Position numbers and translations under genes: made by a program. Positions 1-9,032 of a stretch of DNA of 64,000 bases are shown here, one piece after another (position 1 is the stretch's first letter; each line of letters begins with the position of its first letter). The stretch spans positions 1,248,001-1,312,000 of the forward strand of contig OZ223236.1 of assembly GCA_965140445.1 (NCBI GenBank), read 5' to 3'. The notes under the pieces were generated by a model that saw nothing but the letters and a program-made list of their open reading frames with translations, was not told the origin of the DNA and made no database searches. The DNA is from Candidatus Ozemobacteraceae bacterium. Its GTDB lineage: Bacteria > Muiribacteriota > Ozemobacteria > Ozemobacterales > Ozemobacteraceae.

Positions 1-513
1 TGGGGTCAGCATGGGGACATACCTGTTTCCTTTGACTATGAGGGTGATGGAATAAGTGATTGCTGTGTTTTTCGGCCTTCTAACGGATATTGGTTTGTAA
101 AGGGGCTTGACGGTAGGCCAAAGGCTAATAACCTCTCCTGGGGGCAGAAAGGTGATATCCCTGTTTCCTTTGACTACAACGGTGACGGCAAAAGTGATTA
201 TTGTGTTTTTCGTCCTTCTAATGGACACTGGTATTTCATGAACAACTCCAGAAGGCAGTTTCCTCCTATTGATTGGGGGCAAGCTGGTGATATTCCAGTT
301 CCATTTGTAAACTCGCCAAACGGAAAAAGCACTTGCTGTGTTTGGCGCCCTTCTAACGGAACCTGGTATGTAAAGGGGGGGGCAACAGTAAAGCTTGGCT
401 TGAGTGGCGATATTCCAGTGCCAATGGATTACAACGGTGATGGCCGCACTGATTTCTGTATTTGGTGTCCGGTTACCGGCAATTGGCACATAATATTAAA
501 TACAGGTCGTTAA
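1..513 (+). CDS. FG-GAP/VCBS-like beta-propeller repeat protein, 3' part (5' truncated by window edge)
   Basis: Frame +1 is open from base 1 into ORF 238..513; four repeats of WGQxGDIPVxxDYxGDGxxDxCV(F/W)RPSNGxWY. Confidence 0.85.
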   Translation, partial: WGQHGDIPVSFDYEGDGISDCCVFRPSNGYWFVKGLDGRPKANNLSWGQKGDIPVSFDYNGDGKSDYCVFRPSNGHWYFMNNSRRQFPPIDWGQAGDIPVPFVNSPNGKSTCCVWRPSNGTWYVKGGATVKLGLSGDIPVPMDYNGDGRTDFCIWCPVTGNWHIILNTGR

Positions 514-572
514 ACTTTTTCCAGATGAAATAAAGCCGCTGGTAAAATTTCAGATAAGTATTGAGTGATTAT

Positions 573-602
573 AGATCCCCGTCATAGACGGGGATCTTTT
601 TT
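573..602. terminator. Intrinsic terminator between convergent genes
   Basis: Perfect 11-bp stem agatccccgtc-ata-gacggggatct followed by a T run. Confidence 0.75.
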
Positions 603-631
603 GTTAGAGTATCTTTGCGAGGGGGATAGGA

Positions 632-1846
632 TTATCGATAATACTTTGCCAGGCCGCCTTCGCTTGTTTCTTTGTAAAGAGATGGTAAATCGTGGCCGGT
701 TTGCTTCATTACTTCTACTACCCTGTCAAATGAAACACGATGAGTTCCATCGGAGAAGGTAGAAAAAATGTTGGCGTCAAGTGCTCTGACTGCGGCATAG
801 GCATTTCTTTCTATGCAGGGTATTTGAACCAGGCCGCAAACAGGATCGCATGTCATACCTAGATGATGTTCCAATCCCATTTCAGCTGCATATTCAATCT
901 GAGCAGGGCTACCACCGAACAACTGGTTGGCAGCAGCTGCAGCCATTGCGCAAGCGACTCCAATTTCGCCCTGGCAACCAACCTCAGCACCTGAGATTGA
1001 GGCGTTTTTTTTCACTATGTTTCCGATGAGCCCGGCAGTGGCTAGAGCTCGCAGAATTCTGGCATTACTGAATTCTCTGGTTTGTTGAAGGTGGTAAAGC
1101 ACCGCTGGAACCACTCCGCATGAGCCGCAGGTTGGCGCTGTGACAATCTGTCCACCGCAAGCGTTTTCTTCGCTTACTGCCAATGCGTATGCGAATACAA
1201 GGCCACGCGTTCTTAGAGATTGTTGATAACCGCTTGCTTTAACAAAATAGGTTACGGACTTTCGGCGAATTTTTAAGGGGCCTGGAAGCGCTCCCTCTGC
1301 TTCGAGTCCTCGTTTTACGGCGTCTTTCATCGTGATCCAGATATCTTCGAGGAAATCCCAAATATCGAGATCTTCACATTGTTTAACGTATTCCCAAAAG
1401 CTTGTTCCGTTTTCTTCGCACCAGGAAAGAATTTCAGTCATGGTGTTCATTTCGTAAACATCCCGACTGTCTTCTGGCTCGACTCCAACCAATGTTCCAT
1501 CTTCCAGAGAAAGTGCGCCACCGCCCACACTAAAAGTTGTCCAGTTGTCTATCTCGTTGTTGTATTCATCCAATGCCTTAAAACCCATTCCATTCGGATG
1601 AAATGGCAGGAAGATTTTTGGCTGCCATACAATCTCAACAGGCGCATGGGGTTGCAATACCTTGATTATGGCTGCATCAGTCAGATGGCCCTTTCCTGTA
1701 GCGGCAAGACTACCATAGAGGGTTACTTCAAATGATTTGGCCTGAGGATTGCGCTCAAGAAAAATCTCAGCAGCTTTTTTGGGCCCCATCGTGTGGCTGC
1801 TAGATGGACCGTTGCCAACCCGAAACAGTTCTTTTAGTGATTTCAT
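632..1846 (-). CDS. sdaA: L-serine dehydratase (Fe-S, single chain)
   Basis: GPSSSHTMGP, YGSLAATGKGH, SISGAEVGCQGE, GMTCDPVCGLVQIPCIERN, YKETSEGGLA motifs. Confidence 0.95.
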   Translation of the reverse strand: MKSLKELFRVGNGPSSSHTMGPKKAAEIFLERNPQAKSFEVTLYGSLAATGKGHLTDAAIIKVLQPHAPVEIVWQPKIFLPFHPNGMGFKALDEYNNEIDNWTTFSVGGGALSLEDGTLVGVEPEDSRDVYEMNTMTEILSWCEENGTSFWEYVKQCEDLDIWDFLEDIWITMKDAVKRGLEAEGALPGPLKIRRKSVTYFVKASGYQQSLRTRGLVFAYALAVSEENACGGQIVTAPTCGSCGVVPAVLYHLQQTREFSNARILRALATAGLIGNIVKKNASISGAEVGCQGEIGVACAMAAAAANQLFGGSPAQIEYAAEMGLEHHLGMTCDPVCGLVQIPCIERNAYAAVRALDANIFSTFSDGTHRVSFDRVVEVMKQTGHDLPSLYKETSEGGLAKYYR

Positions 1847-1912
1847 AGCTCATAGAAATAACATTTTTTCTATTTAAAAGCCATATCTAAACCAAACATT
1901 CAGCTGTGTTTC

Positions 1913-2644
1913 TTAACTTTTATTAGACTTTTGGTAGACAGAAATATGTTTTGTAGAATTTTTTGTGAATGGGGATTTGTACCAGGTGAAATACCTTTCA
2001 GAAAGTTCGAGTCCTGCAAGTTTGGCCATTAAATCAAGTTCGTTTACCCATGCATAGCGAATGACAGTTGGTAAAAACTTTAAGCCGCTTTCGCTCATTA
2101 TTACTTTGTTTTCGATGCAAATCTGATTTACATAGTCGTGCCTGGCAGGTGCTGATAATACAACTTCATCAGGGGTAACCGAATTAACTGACACATTTTG
2201 ATTAGCATTTGAAAAGTCTGGAATCATACATTCAAGTATAAGACATCCGCCTGGCTGCAAGTTTTTTGAGATACTTTCCATGCAAGAGAGTTGGTCTTCT
2301 GGTGTGAGTAATCCAAAAAATGTGTTAAATCCAGCATAGATCATAGAGAAAGACGGGGTAGCTGGTATTTGAGCAAAACTTCCGGTGGTGACGGGTATTT
2401 CTTTCCCCAATTCTTTATCTCTAAGTTTGTTGATCATTTCAGGAGAAATTTCTATTCCGTGAACATCTACGCCCTGCTTTTTTAATTCAATAGCAATTCT
2501 TCCGGTGCCAATACCTAATTCGAGAACTGGTCCAGAGCCAGAGCGCTCTATTAAAAAGCTAATCATATGCTCGCTGACAGTTGTATAAATACTGTCATAA
2601 ACCTCGGCCCATTTATTACCATATTCCTCGGGATTGAAGTTCAT
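1913..2644 (-). CDS. Class I SAM-dependent methyltransferase
   Basis: VLELGIGTGRI motif I, GIEISPEM, LQPGG. Confidence 0.85.
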   Translation of the reverse strand: MNFNPEEYGNKWAEVYDSIYTTVSEHMISFLIERSGSGPVLELGIGTGRIAIELKKQGVDVHGIEISPEMINKLRDKELGKEIPVTTGSFAQIPATPSFSMIYAGFNTFFGLLTPEDQLSCMESISKNLQPGGCLILECMIPDFSNANQNVSVNSVTPDEVVLSAPARHDYVNQICIENKVIMSESGLKFLPTVIRYAWVNELDLMAKLAGLELSERYFTWYKSPFTKNSTKHISVYQKSNKS

Positions 2645-2846
2645 TTGTTTCTCCTGGTTTGTTTTATTTATTATAGTAGAAGAGTATCTAAAATGAATAA
2701 ATAAGGTTGTTTAAAAGTTTTTAGGTATGCCGATTGAATGAATATCGGGAAAACTCTGTTATTAGAATGTTAAGCTTGATGAGAAATCAATAGCCAGGAA
2801 TTCTTAGAGATGTGTTGAACAAAAATACCGTTAAAAAAGACCAGAC

Positions 2847-3479
2847 CTAAAACAACGTGGTCCGACTATTGTTTTTTTCTAAGACTATTGTTAACCCAAG
2901 CTCTGCTCCAAGGTTCTTTGCAAAATGCCCCCATTGCTCTTTTGCTTTTGCATCGAAATGGGCCATTGAAATATTCTTTCGACTATTTTGAGTGTGCTCC
3001 AGGATGATTGTTGCGAAAAAAGTTTTATTAAATAGTTTGTCTGCCGGACCAGGTTTGCTTCCTCCTCTTCTTTTGGGGTGACTGATGTACCTTGGTTGAT
3101 ACCAATAGCTGAATGTTCCAATTGGTTGATTAATTTCGATCAAAACATTTTTGTAATTTTGGACGGGCTCTTTAAAAGTTTTTTTCCAAAGACCAGGTAT
3201 GACTACTGTTTCCCACTCAACCATACCTTTTGCGATTCTTAATTCGAAAGACTGAAAAAGCAGAATTACAGCGGCTAACAAAAATATTAGCATAAAAGTC
3301 GAAGCTCCAAGCCAGACAAGTTCTTTGCCCTGCCAGGAATTCGTAATAACGGGAATACTTAAGCATCCTAGCCAGAAAAATAGTAAAATTCCAAAAGCAA
3401 AACCCGGTCTAACGGAACCGTTTGTAAAATGTTCTTTTTTGAAAAAAGTAAAATTATCCCTATTGTCGCTATGGTTCAT
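2847..3479 (-). CDS. Hypothetical membrane protein (two N-terminal TM helices)
   Basis: 210-aa ORF with two hydrophobic segments; co-oriented 20 bp downstream of the ankyrin gene. Confidence 0.6.
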   Translation of the reverse strand: MNHSDNRDNFTFFKKEHFTNGSVRPGFAFGILLFFWLGCLSIPVITNSWQGKELVWLGASTFMLIFLLAAVILLFQSFELRIAKGMVEWETVVIPGLWKKTFKEPVQNYKNVLIEINQPIGTFSYWYQPRYISHPKRRGGSKPGPADKLFNKTFFATIILEHTQNSRKNISMAHFDAKAKEQWGHFAKNLGAELGLTIVLEKNNSRTTLF

Positions 3480-3499
3480 AAAATTTCCCCGTGTCTACA

Positions 3500-4990
3500 C
3501 TATTTTACAATTAGCATTATCGGTTTTGAAAAACAATTGTTTTCTTGGGCAGTTACTCTTGAAGAGACCAGCTTTTGCTCAAAAACTTCAAGACAGAGTC
3601 GGAAACCTTTTGCCTGTGAGGGCTCTCCGCCGACAAGACCTCTTAATATGGGAATTCCTTTTTGAAATACTTCTTTTGGGGTTTGTTCGTCGCCGTTGCA
3701 ATAAAAAACTCCTGTCTGGTCAACATATCCATCTGTTACATTGGCAAACTGAGAAATTTTTTCTGTTGCTTGTTCCCATACTTTCCCAGCTACATCCATA
3801 AAACCGGTGATCCGAAGTCGTGGCAATTCAACTGGTTCACTCTCAGGAGTGAGCATCTGCTCATACTTTGGATAAGCCTTTTTTCCTCTGTAGGGATGGT
3901 TAAAAGCCCAGGCCTCGCCGTCTTCAACTATGTAGCACCATTTTTTTAGTGACAGGTATTCTTCAGAATCTCTAAAAGCTTCAATTCCTTTTCCTTCAAC
4001 AAAACCGACGTAGGGGAACATCAGTTCTGCAATTGAAGGAATTCTATAGTTTACATTGAGATGTTTTTCTCTTGAATTAATGGCTTTAAGGAAAAAATCG
4101 CTCATTCCATCGCTGTCTCTCTGCTTGCAGAGTGCTTCCATGTCTCCTGCAAATTCAGGGGTCACATCAAACATTACGCTTTTCCATTCTTTCCATGTAA
4201 TTGGTTTTGATTGAAGATACAGGGTTGGTGTTCCTGGTTTTTTATCTGTTTCCCCTTGTCCAATTTTTATAAAGTCCATTCCAAAGGTGTTATACACATG
4301 ATTTAACTCAAATTTCAAATTGTTATTTTTAGGCTCTTTTTCATCTGATTTAAGCTTTTCCATGAAATCGAAAGCCCACTGTTCGTGGGGTGATTTTTGA
4401 GAAGAATTTATTAAATCATGCTTTATTTTTTCAGGAATTAAATCAAAGACTTTTTTTCCGTTGGGATGGCTTTCGTTCGCATCCGCGCCATAATCAAAGA
4501 AAACCTTTAGAAGTTCCAGATTGCCATTGCTGGCAACAATCAAAAGTGGTGACCAGCCTGAAAAAGAGCGCCGGGCATTCATATCTGCTCCCCGGTCAAG
4601 CAGGTCCTTGCAGCATTCAGGGCAAGTTAAAGCTGCTATGAGCAAAGCAGAATCTCCATCTTGAGAAGTCAGACTGTTTTTTTCTTCTGATTCAATTCGA
4701 TAGTTAATGTTTGCCCCTCTGGAAATTAAAAATCTTGCTGTTTCAACCTTTTTTTCGCCCAAGGCTTCCATGAGCGGAGTATAGTATATGCCGTTCAGAT
4801 CGTCTATTGATGCTCCTGCATCTAATAGTGCTTCCAGGCCCTGGATAAATCCATGACGAGCAGCTAAGTGAATAGCTTTTCTTCCCCATATCTTCCAGTC
4901 AAGGAAGCCAGGCTGCTCGATAAGGCTTTTTAATAGGTCCAGGTCATGATTTTTTAGACAATTTTCTATGCTTTTATCGTCCCAACTCAT
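3500..4990 (-). CDS. Ankyrin-repeat protein with a divergent C-terminal FGE-sulfatase (C-type-lectin fold)-like domain
   Basis: N-terminal ankyrin repeats (AIHLAARHG, TPLMEAL, SPLLIVASNGN); C-terminal NTFGMDFIKI, YRIPSIAE, GFMDVAGKVWE, GFRL; AGGAG RBS. Confidence 0.7.
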   Translation of the reverse strand: MSWDDKSIENCLKNHDLDLLKSLIEQPGFLDWKIWGRKAIHLAARHGFIQGLEALLDAGASIDDLNGIYYTPLMEALGEKKVETARFLISRGANINYRIESEEKNSLTSQDGDSALLIAALTCPECCKDLLDRGADMNARRSFSGWSPLLIVASNGNLELLKVFFDYGADANESHPNGKKVFDLIPEKIKHDLINSSQKSPHEQWAFDFMEKLKSDEKEPKNNNLKFELNHVYNTFGMDFIKIGQGETDKKPGTPTLYLQSKPITWKEWKSVMFDVTPEFAGDMEALCKQRDSDGMSDFFLKAINSREKHLNVNYRIPSIAELMFPYVGFVEGKGIEAFRDSEEYLSLKKWCYIVEDGEAWAFNHPYRGKKAYPKYEQMLTPESEPVELPRLRITGFMDVAGKVWEQATEKISQFANVTDGYVDQTGVFYCNGDEQTPKEVFQKGIPILRGLVGGEPSQAKGFRLCLEVFEQKLVSSRVTAQENNCFSKPIMLIVK

Positions 4991-5071
4991 AAATACTCCT
5001 GTTCGTTTACGGCAAAATAATATGATTTAAAGAAACTAGTTTCCTCATAATATGCCAGACATACTCCTCCT

Positions 5072-5110
5072 GGTTCGACCCAAATTGCCCCCTAAATCGT
5101 CTCCAAATTT
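5072..5110. repeat. Solo RAYT-type end motif (GGTTCGACCC + AAATTG-like units)
   Basis: ggttcgaccc-aaattg-ccccct-aaatcg-tctcc-aaattt resembles the reverse complement of the transposase left end at 9928-9961. Confidence 0.6.
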
Positions 5111-5140
5111 ACTTTTGCTTGAATTTGTTTATAACTGCAT

Positions 5141-6682
5141 TTAAATCAGACCGTTTAGCATTAATGCTGTTTCTACAACAAAGGCATCTTTGTAAAAATC
5201 AACATACAGAATATTTGCGCCAAACTCACAAGGCGCTAGCTTATACAATTCTTTTGATGCAAAATACGGAAGGCTTACATTTGCTTGTCTGGAGAGCCAG
5301 TGCAAATCTCTTTCCTTTAAATCCTTTATTGCCCCAGGGCTTTTTGGAATTTGAGGGCTTAGGGTCCAGGAAAACACAAACAATTTTCCTCCTCTTCTAA
5401 ACCTTTTTCTTGATTTTTCCTTTTGATCCTTTTTCATCTGTTCAAAAGAATCAGAGTCTGACCATTCGTCGAAAACATTTCGTTCAATATCCCAGGCCAC
5501 CGGGTAATACTTAGGCTTAAGCGAAGGAGTCTCATTGTTTAGCAGGTCACTACTGGTAAGGATGATTATTTTTGATTTTTTGGGTTTTGGACCCATAATT
5601 TTTTCAACTGTATGGTAGGTTACAAGTGGTAATTTTTCGCCAACTTTTGGTGTGTCTGGTCTATATAGATAGCTGCTGAGTCTGCTGTTAATATTCTTTC
5701 TCAATTTTAAGTAATCGGTTTCTTTAAAATTGTGGAAGTGAGAAATTGAAAGAATGATCAATTCTGCTCTCTTTTTTTTGTTAACGAATTTTTTTACGTC
5801 GTCTAATACAACATTAAAATCATCTCCACGAAGACCATGATGGATATATGCTTTTCCGCCGCTAGCGTGTGGCCTCAGATCAAAATATCTAACTCCGCCA
5901 ATAAGTTGATTATAAATGCTTTCGTCTTGTGCTTTGGACCATTTCCTGACGTGTTCAACGGAAAATTTTCTAATTACTTTTTTGACCGTATCTAAATCCG
6001 CTTCTTTGGTGGTCAAATTGTAAGTAGCGCTGTCATGGGTTCCTGGCAAAACAAGATCAAGAAGCCTCTTGTCCTTAATTTTATCAAAGTTATTTCGTAT
6101 CCAGTTCGCCTTGTATTTTTTGGATAATTCAGGGATATGCAAAATAGCAAAATGATTTCGGGTTTCTCCTTTGGATGTGTGCGCTTCAACATAGTTGTCA
6201 TCGCCATGCTGGTCATTTGATACAAAGGTATAGCGGCCATATTTTGGATTTGCCAGCAAATAAAGTTTTTCGTTTTCCAAAAAGGTCAGCTGGAAACGAT
6301 TTCTTTCCTCGTTTGCATTGTTGTGAGCTTCGACCAGGTGGTCGCTGCCTTTTTTGTCATCGGATACAAACAGGTATTTTTTGTAACTGGGGTTGTATAT
6401 TTTATAGAGCCTGTCTTTTGTATTAAAAAGCTTCAGCTGAAAAAAGTTCCTGGGCTCAGTTGTGTATCTGTGGGTTCTTACAAGATTGTCCTGTCCTTTA
6501 GTCTCATCAGAAACGTAGAGTAATTTCCTGTACACGGGGTTGTAGATTAAAACTTTCTTTGAATCCTTATTTTTCCATCTGGACGATTCTGTGAAAGGAA
6601 TTGGCATTAGATGAGTTTGCGCGGTAAAGCCTTTCAGAGACAAGAAAACAAAAAGAAAAATTAAACCAACTTTTCTGTGCAT
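5141..6682 (-). CDS. Secreted phosphatidylinositol-specific phospholipase C (PI-PLC X domain) with N-terminal triple repeat
   Basis: Signal peptide; three ~47-aa repeats (NPxYxxxxxVSxxxxGxDxxVxxH); LPGTHDSATY, QLIGGVRYFDLRP, HHGL motifs. Confidence 0.8.
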   Translation of the reverse strand: MHRKVGLIFLFVFLSLKGFTAQTHLMPIPFTESSRWKNKDSKKVLIYNPVYRKLLYVSDETKGQDNLVRTHRYTTEPRNFFQLKLFNTKDRLYKIYNPSYKKYLFVSDDKKGSDHLVEAHNNANEERNRFQLTFLENEKLYLLANPKYGRYTFVSNDQHGDDNYVEAHTSKGETRNHFAILHIPELSKKYKANWIRNNFDKIKDKRLLDLVLPGTHDSATYNLTTKEADLDTVKKVIRKFSVEHVRKWSKAQDESIYNQLIGGVRYFDLRPHASGGKAYIHHGLRGDDFNVVLDDVKKFVNKKKRAELIILSISHFHNFKETDYLKLRKNINSRLSSYLYRPDTPKVGEKLPLVTYHTVEKIMGPKPKKSKIIILTSSDLLNNETPSLKPKYYPVAWDIERNVFDEWSDSDSFEQMKKDQKEKSRKRFRRGGKLFVFSWTLSPQIPKSPGAIKDLKERDLHWLSRQANVSLPYFASKELYKLAPCEFGANILYVDFYKDAFVVETALMLNGLI

Positions 6683-6821
6683 CGAATCGCTCTCCTCAAA
6701 AGATTGTTTTGCAGTTCATTTTTTTATGTATCTAATCTATTGTAATTTGAACTTGCAGGTCATTTCAATGCTAACACATCTTGGGAATTGTCTAAATAGT
6801 TGTGGATTCAACCGGTTTTAA

Positions 6822-6967
6822 CTAAAGCCAGGAACCAGGAAAAAGCCCAAAATTGGCTTCAATCCTGACGGTCACTGATCCTCTTCAAAGATGTCTAAGA
6901 GCCGTCTCAAAAAGCCTAAAACGAAAAATTCCTCGTCTTGGACGAGAAATTGATCGGTGCCGGGGAC
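6822..6967 (+). repeat. Direct repeat A, copy 1 (146 bp; 3' end of the ORF6N gene plus downstream att-like sequence)
   Basis: Nearly identical to 13678-13823. Confidence 0.9.
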
Positions 6968-7081
6968 GGGACGAGAGATTAACTCTCGAACTAAAAAGCT
7001 ATGCAGTTTTTAAGTCCTGCAAAATCTCTTGCCTGACGAAGGGCACAATTATCAGTAATGACTCTTGTGCCATGAATAATT

Positions 7082-8170
7082 TCATTCCTTGCAAAGTAAC
7101 TCCAATAAAGATTTAGCATCTTTATCACCTGCTTCAACAGCCTCCGTAAACATTTTTTTTGCTTTTACATGATCCGCAGCGACTCCATCATCGCCTTTCA
7201 TATAAATCATTCCAAGCAGAGTCTTTGCCCTGGCAAGGCCAGCAGCATTAGCTTTTTGAAGCCAAAATTCGGCCTTTTTAAAATCTTTTGCAACCCCATT
7301 GCTTCCACTTTGAAACAAGAATCCCAGCGAGAGCTGAAATTCAGGGTTGTTCTTAGCCGCTTTTTGAAGCAAAACCAAAGCTTTATCTTGATCTTTTTGA
7401 ACCCCATGCTTTCCTTCAAGAAAAATCATTCCTAAAGATTGCTGAAATTTGGAATTATTTTCAGCCGCTTTTTGAAGCAAAACCAAAGCTTTTTTGGGGT
7501 CTTTCTTAACATTCCTCCCTTCCAGAAGAATTGACCCCAATAAATGTTGGGCCTCTGGATCATTTGCCTCAGCTGCCATTTCATAGAGGCTCACCCCTTT
7601 CTCGGTATCTTGAGGAATACCTCGACCATAAAAATACATCCCCCCAAGGCTCAACATTGAAGCGGCATTTCCATTTTTTATAGATTTTTCATACCATTTC
7701 ACTGCAAGTTCGGGATTCTGAGGAAACCCCGCAGCACCAGATGAATAAAGAAACCCCAGAGTGTTCTGAGCTTTATCAAAACCTTTATTCGCAACATTTT
7801 CATACAATTTTACAGCTTCATTTACATCTGGTTCAACCACGCCATCATAAGTGCCATACAAATAATATCCGGCAAGTTTTAATTCGGAAGCCAAATCACC
7901 ATGCTCTACGGCTTTTCTTAACCAATAAAACCCTTTTTCCAAATCCTTTTCAGTCCCAATTCCACATCTGTAACAATTTCCAAGTTGAGCTTCTGCCAAA
8001 ACATTTCCTTTTTCTGCAGCTAATTTAAGATATTTTATACCTTCCTGAAGGTTGCCTTTTTTTGAGGCTTCGTTCCATTTTTCAAAGAGTTCTTCTGGAG
8101 TTTCAGCAAACAACATCAAGCTAAAGCTAAAAAAAATAAATAAAACTAATTTTAAACTTCCAAATTTCAT
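7082..8170 (-). CDS. Secreted Sel1-repeat (TPR-like) protein
   Basis: Signal peptide; repeated A(Q)xxLGxxYxxGxGxxxDxxKAxxWxxKA; AGGAG RBS. Confidence 0.92.
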   Translation of the reverse strand: MKFGSLKLVLFIFFSFSLMLFAETPEELFEKWNEASKKGNLQEGIKYLKLAAEKGNVLAEAQLGNCYRCGIGTEKDLEKGFYWLRKAVEHGDLASELKLAGYYLYGTYDGVVEPDVNEAVKLYENVANKGFDKAQNTLGFLYSSGAAGFPQNPELAVKWYEKSIKNGNAASMLSLGGMYFYGRGIPQDTEKGVSLYEMAAEANDPEAQHLLGSILLEGRNVKKDPKKALVLLQKAAENNSKFQQSLGMIFLEGKHGVQKDQDKALVLLQKAAKNNPEFQLSLGFLFQSGSNGVAKDFKKAEFWLQKANAAGLARAKTLLGMIYMKGDDGVAADHVKAKKMFTEAVEAGDKDAKSLLELLCKE

Positions 8171-8370
8171 TAATTTCTCCTAATTGCATCTTTCCACTAA
8201 TACGCTCATCAGGACAAAAAGTAACCAGGTCTTATAGAGCATCAATCGGGGTGGATCGGCCCGTGGATCGCGTGGATCAGGTCGGACTACTAAAAGCATC
8301 TTAAACTCAATATAAATGATGAAATAAGAGGGCAAAAATCAAGAAGAAATTGCCTTTCTAAGAGAAAAAA
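8168..8370. repeat. Direct repeat B, copy 1 (~200 bp; gene leader + RAYT-type left end + RAYT 3' scrap)
   Basis: Near-identical to 13030-13228, beginning at the start codon of the adjacent gene. Confidence 0.9.
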
Positions 8371-8454
8371 GCATTTTTTTGGAAGGACAATTAAGAAATT
8401 ACAACGGTTTTCACAGGTCCGCCCCCCGAATTCCCCGAATTGCCCCCCGAATTT
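8248..8454 (+). mobile_element. Miniature non-autonomous RAYT/Y1 deletion derivative
   Basis: (GTGGATC)x3-AGGTCGGACT left end; interior NQEEIAFLREK matches 23006-23103; GGTCCGCCCC-(CCGAATT)x3 right end. Confidence 0.7.
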
Positions 8455-8810
8455 AATAGCACCGATTTCTTCTGGCGAAGGAAACTTGTAAATCGGTTTC
8501 GGATTGCCCTTTTTTATGTTCCAAAATAGTGAACAATGCCATTTGAAAGAATTATTTATTGCGCACCAACAGTATTTGCATATTTTCTCGCTTGTTCTTT
8601 GGCCACAAGAGGGTGAGGACTTGCTTTTTTGGCCTCAAGCACACATAATGGCTTATTATTGCTATCAACTAATAGAAAATCTAATGAACCGCCCTTGGTC
8701 TTTTCATAGTCATTGCCCCATGCGTCAATTTCAGTCTGGGTAATCTTTACATGGTTTTCAAGAAGGATGTTTGCTTTCCCCTCAATGTTATCAAAAAACC
8801 GCCAACCAGC
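8452..8810 (-). pseudogene. hsdR: Type I restriction enzyme R subunit, N-terminal fragment
   Basis: Manual translation AGWRFFDNIEGKANILLENHVKIT...DFLLVD...VLEAKKASPHPLVAKEQARKYA...Q*IILSNGIVHYF/WNIKKGNP..FPSPEEI; stop at 8556-8558 and 1-bp deletion near 8523. Confidence 0.8.
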
Positions 8811-8926
8811 TCAGAATCATTATATGCAAAGGGAGCCACTTTGTTAATTGTCTGTTGGACTGCCGCGCCCATATGCATCATTATCATCTTATCAGGCAAA
8901 GACCTCTAGGCAGATTTATTTGAAAT

Positions 8927-8955
8927 TTGACTTAAAGTTGTGGCGGGTATATATT
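8927..8955 (+). promoter_or_regulatory. Sigma70-type promoter with no downstream ORF
   Basis: TTGACT-17 bp-TATATT. Confidence 0.65.
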
Positions 8956-8960
8956 ATTAG

Positions 8961-9032
8961 TGAACTACTGAAAGCGCGCATGCGTTGTAGGTGGTGATAA
9001 AAAACACGGCTCGGCCTGAGTCGTGTTTTTTT
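8961..9032 (+). ncRNA. Candidate small RNA convergent with the DUF3800 gene (DUF3800-motif-like)
   Basis: Promoter, then hairpin ctac-tgaaa-gcgc-gcat-gcgt-t-gtag, then a terminator; ~70 nt with no ORF. Confidence 0.55.
8999..9032. terminator. Bidirectional intrinsic terminator
   Basis: aaaaaacacggctc-ggcct-gagtcgtgttttttt; abuts the DUF3800 stop codon. Confidence 0.8.

Noticed and set aside
2858..2870. GGTCCGAC partial match to the RAYT end core
   Set aside because: Lies inside a CDS, lacks the CCC and any repeat tail; likely chance
3500..4990. Diversity-generating retroelement target
   Set aside because: No reverse transcriptase and no adenine-variant template repeat seen in the window
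6956..6990. tRNA gene
   Set aside because: Only an interrupted 3'-end-like fragment; no D or anticodon arm. Kept as an att-like scar
7010..7080. Hammerhead-ribozyme-like arrangement (GTC, gcaa/ttgc stem, CTGACGA, ggcacaa/ttgtgcc stem)
   Set aside because: GAAT replaces the required GAAA, there are extra bases after GTC, and no stem III forms; an Infernal search would settle it
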